This document shows, piece by piece, positions 53,756 to 64,000 of a DNA stretch of 64,000 nucleotides (the stretch's first letter is position 1; each line of letters starts with the position of its first letter). The translations under genes were made by a program, and so were the position numbers. The notes beneath the pieces are model-generated. The model searched no databases. It worked only from the letters and a program-made list of their open reading frames with translations, and had not been told where the DNA came from. Origin of the DNA: Eledone cirrhosa (taxonomy: Eukaryota); assembly GCA_964016885.1 (NCBI GenBank), contig OZ024743.1, positions 47,616,001-47,680,000 of the forward strand. Direction: 5' to 3'.

Positions 53756-54597
53756 TGTGTGTAAAGTACACTGAATTATCTGAGAGATTTGCTAATGACG
53801 CCTCTACCACTTCTACCAAAACTCATCATCATACAGACACACCTGTGCTCAACATTTCTCACTTTGGTTGCTGTTGTTGTTGCTTTCTCCCCCCTCTGTC
53901 TCTTTCTTACTCCTGCTCCTCTCTTTCATATTCTTATTTTTACCACCTAATTATTCCCCTGTTTGTCTCCATCTATCTCTCTATCTATATTTACAAACAG
54001 CTACTATTTAGTTGTAGGTATTAAAAGTTAGTTTAGTTAACATTAACAGCATTAGTATAACAGTAATACCCATCACAATACATATATGTATATATTATAT
54101 AAAAATATGTGTGTATATGATTATAAGTATATATACATGTGCATACAGATATGTGTATGTATATAGATAGATATAGATATCAATGTTGGATTGTAGATTT
54201 ATAGATATATATAAACATTTACAGATGTAGTGACTCCATATTTTGAGTTCATATATATATATGAACAAAAGTATGTACCTCCTTCCTTGATCAGCTATTT
54301 ATATGTGCAGTTTTTAAACATAAAACATGGCTTATTTTCATAAATAAAAATCCTTCACCTAAATTAGCTGTGACATTCTAGTACCTAAATTATATTACTT
54401 AAAACTTATCCTCCTCCTCCTTCTCCCAATATTAGATACTTTGTTGAAGTGATAAGATATAAAAAATATTTCAGCAGGACTGTAAGTGTGTGTATATATA
54501 AGCAAAGTTCCATAGAGAAAAAGATATGGAGGACAAACGAACAAAAGCAAATATTTTCCTTGCCAGCACCCACTGGAAGTCTAGACAACTATCTCTC

Positions 54598-54649
<52 letters not shown>

Positions 54650-55007
54650 TGTATGGAGAAATGGGAAAAAAATGTACTCAATACATGTAGTAGCTTGTTT
54701 GTGTTTCAAAGTCATGATTCCCTTCATTGGCTACTGCATGCTTCTAACTTCAGGGCTTTTGTAAAGCTAATGAACAGAAGCAACAACAAAAAACTCAGAG
54801 TAACATCTTGGCATATCAACTAAAACTGAATATATTCATACATACATAAACGCATACACACAGATTTAGAAATGCAAATGTGAAGTTGTACTCAATATAA
54901 AGTTAATTTATTTGTATAATGTCATTCAGATAACCTGGAAGAACCCTTCCCTTATGAGTTTTCAAGTAGTTATGAAGTGAATTGGAAACTCTATACAAAT
55001 ATACAAA

Positions 55008-55079
<72 letters not shown>

Positions 55080-55145
55080 CACATTATATACACGTGTAAA
55101 ATCCATCCAACTTAATCAGATGTAAAAAGGTTGTGTGTGTGTGTG

Positions 55146-55181
<36 letters not shown>

Positions 55182-55301
55182 GATACAACACTCACAAAGA
55201 CTCAGTTTAAATAAATATGATTCTACTCTATTACAGTATTGAGTATTTTTTCACTGCTTTGCATTTCTTCCCAGTGATCCCTTATATATATATATATACA
55301 C

Positions 55302-55340
<39 letters not shown>

Positions 55341-55771
55341 TTCATTCACACATTTGAGAGATGGTATTTAAAAAAGTAACTGTAATTCTCTAAAATTTAA
55401 ATATAACATTTAAAAAAAAATTAAATCCTTTGTAAGCTTATGTGATCTGTTTTCCTTGTCAGTTTAAAGCCAACTTTAATATTAGTATGTGGAGTGTTTC
55501 ATAAGATTGCAATATTTTTGAGGAAAAATATAATTGATAATTGAACAAAAGATAGGATCCTCTTTCTTTTTCCTCCCAGCAGCTCTTTAAAATACAACAG
55601 AATAACATTCTACAGATGGGCTTTTACTCCTATTTTCTTTGTCTATTTTTCTTGTAAAGGAAAGATCCTATTTATTTATCCCTTCCAACTTTCACTCGTG
55701 CTTGCCTTTTATTTGTGTGTGTCTGGCTATAATGGGCACACATACATATACACACACACAAGTTATGTATG

Positions 55772-55808
<37 letters not shown>

Positions 55809-57225
55809 ACTACATAAACTGCTTTTTATCTTTTCTATTTCATTTGGACACTAATAATGGATTCTTGTATAATTCTGGAGTTTATGAAACAGGGAAATGA
55901 ATTGAACTGGAGAAAAAATAAAAGCAGGCATCCCCCACAAGAGCACCAGCTATATTATATAATAATATTAAATAGAAAACAACAACAATAGCAACAAACC
56001 CCCAATACAAGATGATTTCAATAAGAAACAAAATGAAATTTTCCCTATCCTCCTTTCCCAACAAAAACAAGCCAGATGAGGGAGAGGAAACTGTTCAAAT
56101 GATTCTGTACCTTTTCTGGGATGTAATTTCCATGATGGAAGACAAAGCAATGGTTACAAAACAACCAACCTGTTGATGTATGTGGACAAATTAGAATGAT
56201 ATCGTATGTCCAAAACTGTAAGATTAAAACAACATTAACTATTATGGAATAGTCTTTCTTCAGTATACCTTTTTTTTTATATATATATTTTTTTGAAAGT
56301 TTCTTTGTTTGATTGTTTTTTTTTTTTTACTTTTATTTTTTTTTTCTCTCTCTTACCTAAAAAATGCCTCAGTGGGAGTTTCTGGGTGTAACTTATTGTC
56401 TTAAAAGTTTAGAAAAATGGAGGTTTTTTTTCTTTGTTATGCAATCACTATATGACTATAAAATCATTTTTTGACTTGCCTTTATTTTATTTTTTTTTTT
56501 GTTTTTTGGTCCCTTTTCCCACTCTTCGTGTCATAGATATATTTTATAAAACATCACAAATCTTTCTTTTCTTTCCCCCATCCCCTTTTCTCTGTTGTAT
56601 TTTTGATGCATTGCCCCAGCTTCTCATGTCTTAATTTGCTTCAATCATGTACAGTTTAATTAATATATTGCACATACTTTAAGTAACTATTCTAGTTTTT
56701 TTAAAGTAGTTTTTCTGATTTTTAATTGTTTGCCTTATTAATTTGGCTTTATCCCTTTAATCTTTATATTATATATATATATATGTGTGTGTGTATATAT
56801 ATATATATATATGTGTGTGTATATATATATATATAATATATATACATACATGTGTATAAATACACGTGTGCATATATACACATATGTATATATATCAGTG
56901 GCATAATATGAAAAATACTAATGTAAGCAAATAAGTTGCATGTTAGAGGATCAGTAGCTTCAGTGATATCTTTTTCCTGATTCGAAAAAACAGTTTGTCA
57001 TTAGTAATTTATTATATTAGTCCAATATGTTAATGTCACTGTTCAAGTACTATGGTCATGAGTTTAGTAGTCAACGAAGCTGAAACAAGAAAAAGGTTAG
57101 ATAATTAAATACATTTTATAGAGTAAGGAATATTTACTTTGCTTCTTAGGAATATATGCCACTGATATATATAAAGAACAGCCTTAATCATGCAATGTAT
57201 AAAATAAAATGTCGTCCAAGTAATT
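53756..57225 (+). other. ARL8: Probable long ARL8 3' UTR with candidate poly(A) signal AATAAA at 57203-57208
   Basis: About 3.5 kb after the stop codon with no recognisable TEs, unlike the introns; TGTA just upstream of AATAAA. The end point is inferred. Confidence 0.45.
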
Positions 57226-58748
57226 GATTATTTTTAGAAGTCATAATAGAAAAGTTAGCTGGAAAAAATCAAACTATCCTCTCCCTCCCTCCCAATATTG
57301 TTGACTCATGATAGCCTTGCAAAGTGACTGCCATTTGGGGGCTGTCATGAATGTTGTTGATTAAAAATGTTTACTAAAACAAAACTAATATTCTTTAATG
57401 AAAGAAAAAAATTCTGAATAAGTTGAGCATCTATAAAAAAAAATTAAATTTTTTTTTTTTTTCCCCCTCAACCTCACTAACTCTGCCTATACTTCTAAAT
57501 TTGTTTCTTGAAAGAAGATAAATTAGACCAACACTGTTCTATATTATTAAGGGCGGTGGGTTTGCAGAATTCGTAAAGCATCGGACAAAATGCTTTGCAG
57601 CATTTGTTCCTGTTCTAAGTTCAAATCCCACCATGGTCAACTTTGCCCTTCATCCTTCCGGGGTTGATAACAAAGTACCAGTCAAATACTGGGGTTGTGT
57701 TGCATCAACTTTTCTCTCCCTTCCAATTGCTGGCTTTGTGCCTAAATTAGAAACAATTAATATTTTTTTTCCTTATTCTGTTATCAACAGAACAAAATCT
57801 AAAGCTGATTTTCTTTAAAAAAAAAAACCATAAAACTGACAAAAAGACCTCAACAAAAATTGATTTGTTTATTAAATGATTTTTGTTCTCCTTCTGTTGT
57901 TATTTATATTTTCTTTCTTTGGCATCGTTAATCATCTTTTCCTCATGTTTATCTGATTTCCCAGTTGATTTAAAAAAAAAAAAAATACACAAAATCTGTT
58001 TATTTCTGCCACCTTAATAACAGCTGCTTTATTTGGTGCTGGGCAAACATATGACAACAGGAGCAATTAGTGTTGCTTTGTACTGCAAGAGTACATAATT
58101 TACAACTTGGTGGACTGTGACAGTATGGCCACAGACTCAGCAGATCTATGAAAGGAATTTAGTTGTATACAAAAGACATTTTATTTCAAGGTTTAAAATA
58201 TTGTTTTATTAATAATTCTAGGTTTGAGATGTTGAGTCATTCATATTTTTAATTTCATTATTAGCACAAGAACTAATGCTATTGTAGCTGATACCAACCG
58301 GACAGTCAAGAACTTACTGGGACTGAATTCAAGGGGTTTTGCCCAAGAGTCCAATATATAATACCTCAGTGAAATATTGATCTCTTGCATTATATCCTTG
58401 AGGTAACATGCTCTTAATCCCTCTTGCCAAAGGTTTCATGCTCATTTCAAAATACATAAAAGCCCATTTTGTTTTATTTATATATAAGATGGCATGTAAA
58501 TAACTTACTTTTAAAATGTAACCTGGAAATTTTCGGCAACATATTTTCAAAACTTAAAATAAGTTATCAAATGTTTGACAGAGTTGATCTGAATGAAACA
58601 ATCAGTATTTTACTCAGACCTTAATCATATTTGGGAAGATGAAAGGCCAGAATAAATCCTGGCAATGAATTCAGAACCAAACTACATATCAAATTCCAGT
58701 TTTCATGATAAATGTTTTTTGCTGTTTTAAAATAAATATAAATGCGGC

Positions 58749-58936
58749 TTAAATCTGTGATGACTGGAATGGCCGACGCATACCAGAACCCTGTGGAGCA
58801 GATGCAAGATAACCATGTAGATGTTCACTGTGGATTTTCTCAAGTTCATTAAGTCTGCTTTTCACATGTTCAACTCTATGCATGGCCATCAGGAGATCTT
58901 TCTGTGCAGCATAACAAGATCCTTCATGAGGTTGAC
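58749..58936 (-). CDS. Probable terminal coding exon of an unidentified convergent gene (GQPHEGSCYAAQKDLLMAMHRVEHVKSRLNELEKIHSEHLHGYLASAPQGSGMRRPFQSSQI*)
   Basis: tttgcag acceptor on the minus strand, open frame to TAA at 58749-58751, protein-like composition with a coiled-coil-like stretch; family not recognised. Confidence 0.55.
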
Positions 58937-61486
58937 CTGCAAACATATATAAGATACAGATATTTAAACAAATTTGCAGAGTAAAAAGAAGGAACGTAGA
59001 AATAATTGTTTCATCATTTTACGTCTCTTCTCTATGGTTGCATGAGTTAGACAGGTAGTCATAGTTTTGGCTAATTCTTATTTGGAGGGGTTTGTACAAC
59101 CAGGTACTCTTCCTAAAACACCAACCACTTTACAGTGTGTACTGGGTGCATTTTATTAAAGCAGTATAGTTATTTAAAATAGAAACTTTTAAAGGTTCTT
59201 TTCCCTGTTAAAGCAGGGGTTAACCTTGTGAGCTTCCATATTCATCTAAACTGGATACACATTAGCATTCAAAATATTTACTTGTTTTGCTGTAAGATAA
59301 ATTTGAAGTGGAAAATACACAATATTAGGATATCACATGGTCCTTGGGTATTTTGAACAAAGTTTAATATGCTGCTATCCTGCAAACCATGATCTCAGTA
59401 GATGTTCAGGTTGGCTATTGATTATTGCTTCAATCTCACCTATCTATATATGAACATTGACATCTTTCCTGATTAGATTTTTATTTTTTTATTTTTTTAT
59501 TTTTATTTATTCCAATGTAACAAATCACACACACTAGGTCTTGCCAACCTCTCTAGTGCTACCATAATGCACTCAGTACACTGTAAGTGTCCAGCTGAAG
59601 AAACTATACCAAATATGAGCAACATGATTCTTTGACCAGTCTGTCTCAGACCCATCCAACTTATGCCACCTTGGAAAATGATACTCCATGATTTCATCAG
59701 TTCACACACATCCTAGTGAGATTGTATAAAAATCTAGAGACTCGTTTATAACCATGCAATGTTATTGTAAGTAAACAAATGGTTGGAAAAGCAGGTCTAT
59801 CACACAATTTGATGTGAAGAGGAAGTGACATGTAATTTAAGCAAATAGCAACAGATTTTAAACCAGTAACTCTTCACGCAGTAGTGTGTCAACCAGGGTC
59901 TGAACACTTTAAACTGGTACCAGCAGACCCAGTAATGTGTCAGCAACAGTCTAAATATGTTAAAACCAGATACAGTAATGTGTTAGCAACAGAGCTTCAA
60001 TCATGTGACTGGTGCTACATTGTGTTCAGGATGCGACGGAGACTTCCAGTGTTCTTGACCCCCTAGACCACTGCTATCAGGGCGAAGTTGGCTGCCTGCA
60101 AATACATTCACCGGGACAATGTCTTCTCCATCCTGTTGGCTAGACTGACCTTTAAGTTTCTTTTGTGGTGGTGGTGGTGGTAGCATGTGGAATAGATTTA
60201 TTGCTTAAGCATGAGTAGGTTATTAATCTTCATTTAAGTATACTTCTTTACTGTAAAGAGCAGCAGCTCAGGGACATCAACCAGCGTTTTGTTAATTAGT
60301 AGTGAGGAGTTGAGGTTTTGCTGCAAGATTAACGTGAATGGACTAGTATAGCTTTAGTTAAGCTATATTTAAAATAACAACAAATGGTGTTTTGTTGAAC
60401 TGTTGTTTATTGACAAACATTTACAAAGTGTAAGGAGGAACAATCTACCCCTAAAATCCAGGTCTCCTTAACTGCCGACCAGTTCAATAATTGGTTTGCA
60501 GTAAAGTCCCTTCCGTCAACAGTTCGCCGCTACAAGCTTGTAGCAATGCTCTACATAAGATTTCCTTTCTCATTCATTCAAGACTGGAAGTGACCACCAA
60601 CCATAGGGAATACTTATGATTTAAAACATATTTGGGCAGAACAGAAGACTTTATCTTCATATAGAGAATCAAGATAAAATACACAGGCCCCTGGCAAGAT
60701 ATGAACTCAGTATTATAGTTACCACAAGGCCCTTAGATACTCTAAGTAGAATTCAATGTGTTGACATCATTCATATCATTTTGGTTCTCTTGCTGCCCCT
60801 ATTGTTACTGCTCATGTTTAAGTTGGATATCAAGGTCTGCAAAGGCACTGTCCCTTTTCCTATGATCACCTTATAAGTAGTCCAAGCAGTATAATTTATA
60901 ACAATAAGTTTTATATTCAATTTCCTCTACTGGCAATAATTTAACATATTTCGGGTCTGTCATGACTAAAATTATTCTTAAGTTTGCCTACATATACCAT
61001 GGGACACCTTCCACCATCAAATCACCTCAAGCTGTGCCATAATTTATTCATGCCCAACGTAATTGTCTCCCTTGCACTGTTAGCTAGACTAGCCGCTTTC
61101 TCAACTCTTCTCACGCACAAAGTGTTGCGAGTTGATTTGGGAAGCTTCTTGAAACAGAAAACGTAAACCAGGGAGTGAGAAGCACAGATCTGAAAATGCT
61201 GGGCCCCATAGATACATGATCTAAACATTTAGACATAGGTTGGATGAGTTTACAACACAATGTCAACACATTAAAACATTAAAGTTGATTCTGAGGATAC
61301 GATAATATTGCACATCTAATAAAGTTTTGTATCATTAAGAATGTATATGTGTGTATAGATTATATGCCACTTAAAGTTCAGTGTGATCTTTTATAACATC
61401 GTTGCTCGTGATAGATGGCAAATAGGCAGAATTATTAGTTTAGATTAAATGTCACAATATTTCATATGGCGCTCTGTACTCTAAAT

Positions 61487-63165
61487 CACAGGTTCTCAAC
61501 CCATTTAGGCCAAACGCCCCCTTTTGTCCCTCGAAATCACGAAACGCCCCCCCCCCCCCCCCCCCTTATTTTTCCATTTTTCAATATACTACTAAAAAAT
61601 TGATTAACAATATTCCAAAGATACCATTGCAGGCAGCTGAGAGTATAAATACATTCCTTGAAAGGAAATATATAAATTTCAAAAAAAGGAACAATAATGT
61701 TCTTTTTTATGAATAAGGACCAGTTGAATTTGTTATATTCCCACCAGACGATACCAACTATTTTGAACATTTATACAAGAGCAACTCTGTCTATCCAAAG
61801 AGTGCTCTTATCTGGAAGAAAGTGGAATTATATCATTTCAAAACTTTTCAATTTTCCCTTTAATGAAACAGACAGAATAAATGTTGATATCTAACTTGAT
61901 GCCCCCTCTGCTTTGTGAGCTTAGAGACCACGGAAGAGGGTATATTTATTAGTAAATGGTAAAATATATACAACAAATGAGTAAGTGAATTGTGGTAGAT
62001 AGTTTCCAGTCCAGTCAGACTGCAACTACAAATAAAAAAAAATTGTTAGTTTGCTTTGTAACAATAGCATATCTAAGTTTTTGGATAAATCAACTTACTT
62101 TGACCTCATTTCAATGGGACCCTTGAACTTTATGGAGTCTAGCTAACTCTTTGACGTCAGGCTGGATTTTTCGTAAGATGTAGCCGGAGATCTCCACATG
62201 TAATTACATTGTAGCGGTTGCAAGCCTTACTGTGCAGTCTGGAAACCTCCTCTTGACTAAGTATGAGCTTGGAAAAGGCAGAGCAAATCTCTTAGCCTCT
62301 GCATGTAGGTGTGGAAATCGACGCTGAATTTCCTCTTGCAGCCAAAAAAGGGGTTCACCTATTTTGGGAAATCTAATTTTGATCATGTCATCTGCTTGAA
62401 GTTCAATGAATTCTTCCTGAAATATAACGTCCAAATCATCGACGTTAGCTGTGAAGGGATCTGCTACCCACATTGGGATGTCCATCGGCAAAAGGTCGAC
62501 AAACCGTTCTCTCATGTTGTCTTGTAGCGCACAGAGGTGAGCGGTATAAATTTGGAGTTGGTCATCGCTTACAATGTTTTGAACATTGGCGACACTAGGA
62601 AAATTATAGAATTCCCGTCAACAAAGATTCCTTTCGATGACATTCAATTTGGCCAGGAATGTTTTCACAGCATTCCTTGATTTAAGCAAGGTGATCTTCT
62701 GCAAAGCCAAAATGACGCTATTGCATTTGTCGACGATGTCGGTGAGGTAGGCGCAGTTTTGCCTCACATCGAGGGTTTTCTTGTACAGTTCTGTGTTTCG
62801 TCCTCACAGAAACTCAATGATAGAGTCAAACAGTTCAAAGAAGTGAGTAAGGCACTTGCCCTTTGAAAGCCCCCTCACTTCATTATGAAGGAGCAACTTG
62901 ACGAATTCTTCGTCATTATTTTGGCACAGTTGCCGGAAAATTCGTTCATTGAGGGAATGCCGTTTGATAAAATTGATGACATCAAGGGCCACCTGCAAGG
63001 ATTTGCTCAGTGGCTTGCTGAGTTTCTTCACAGCCAAGTGTTGTTGATGAATGACACAATGAACAACAAATACAGATAGATTTTCTCTCTTCAGAAGAGT
63101 GACGAAACCCTTATGTTGGCCGACCATTGCTCTAGCGTCGTCCGTAGCACATGATACAATGTGTG
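61487..63165 (-). mobile_element. hAT (Buster/Charlie-like) DNA transposon relic with one terminal inverted repeat
   Basis: TD.ARAMVG, HCVIHQQHL, LLLHNEVR.LSKG and LPFPSSYL motifs (ORFs 62804-63127, 62204-62515); terminus CACAGGTTCTCAACC at 61487 preceded by the nnnTAnnn site ctcTAaat. Confidence 0.85.
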
Positions 63166-63552
63166 TGTTGTATTTGGTCCTAGATGTATGTATTACCTGC
63201 CTGTGTGTTGTAGGTAGTCATAGATGTATGTATTACCTGTGGTCCTAGATGTATGTATTACCTGAATATGTGTTGTATGTGGTCCTAGATGTTTGTATTA
63301 CCTGATTGTGTGTTTTATGTGGTCCTAGATGTTTGTATCACCTGCTTGTGTTGTATGTGGTCCTAAATGTATGTATTACTTGCCTGTGTGTTGTATGTGG
63401 TCCTAGATGTGTGTGCTACCTCCTTATGTGTTGCATGTAGTCCTAGATGTGTGTATTACCTGCTTATGTGTTGTATGTGGTCCTAGATGTGTGTATTATC
63501 TGATTATGTGTTGTATGTGGTCCTAGATGTGTGTGCTACCCGCTTCTGTGTT
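63162..63552 (+). repeat. About 40-bp minisatellite x10 (tgtgttgtatgtggtcctagatgtgtgtattacctgct)
   Basis: Repeated gtcctagatgt cores; truncates the hAT relic. Confidence 0.9.
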
Positions 63553-64000
63553 TTTTTTTATTTGTAATATTATTTATACAATAGGAAATAAAATAGATCT
63601 ACATAGTGTTAACTCGTTACGGTTGAGTCAATAATTTCAGACATGAAATACATTGTTATCGGTGAAGGAAAGACAAGATTCTAACTGGCTGCGATTGAAG
63701 TGTCCTTGACCCAGTTGACTGTGGGTTTTTCCATTGTTAGGATCTCAATTGCCGGTTAATGTCTAAACATGCCTGCACGCCTGCGGTCAGACCATAGTTA
63801 TGCTGTCTGCATGCTCATTCAAATGCATTCACACTGGCTGTCTCAAAGACATACAAATATGGCTTATAAAACTTACCAAAGTAAAGAGCCTTCCAGTGCA
63901 CTCCAAAGCTCCAAACGCCCCCTGGGGGTGCATATGTACATGGTCTATAACTATCATCATCATTTCCGTTTAACTCTTTAGCATTTACATTACTTTATAT

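Noticed and set aside
60001-61228. Minus-strand ORFs 60001-60186 and 61022-61228 as further exons of the convergent gene
   Set aside because: Weak or ambiguous splice signals, stops in the plausible frames and no recognisable motif; cannot be supported without transcripts.
63162-63552. CRISPR-like regular repeats (also 50240-50458 and 8976-9080)
   Set aside because: Head-to-tail minisatellites without unique spacers, no cas genes, eukaryotic context.

Overview
AT-rich, repeat-dense eukaryotic genomic DNA. The repeat families (RTE LINEs with (GAT)n tails, tRNA-derived SINEs, very long AT/GT microsatellites) suggest an octopod cephalopod; this is inference. The main gene is ARL8 (ADP-ribosylation-factor-like 8) on the + strand, with four coding exons at 39918-40072, 50498-50659, 52014-52084 and 53700-53755. 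The first coding exon was not found, so 1-39917 is probably one intron of at least 40 kb. A probable last exon of a convergent, unidentified gene lies at 58749-58936 (-). The rest is decayed mobile DNA (several RTE subfamilies, an R4/Dong-like element, a CRE-like element, an I-group-like 3' end, a hAT Buster/Charlie relic, SINEs, TTAA MITEs) plus about 14 kb of alternating purine-pyrimidine microsatellite; the long Y/I/M/V/C ORFs are artefacts of it. Most notable observations: (1) a perfect 301-bp-period fold-back array of alternating forward and inverted copies in an ARL8 intron (47642-48733); (2) a conserved PHD-type C4HC3 finger inside the reverse transcriptase of the RTE elements; (3) an 810-bp island whose word composition looks reversed without complementation; (4) a probable internally deleted RTE with a structured 5' end. 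All calls come from manual reading; no searches were run.
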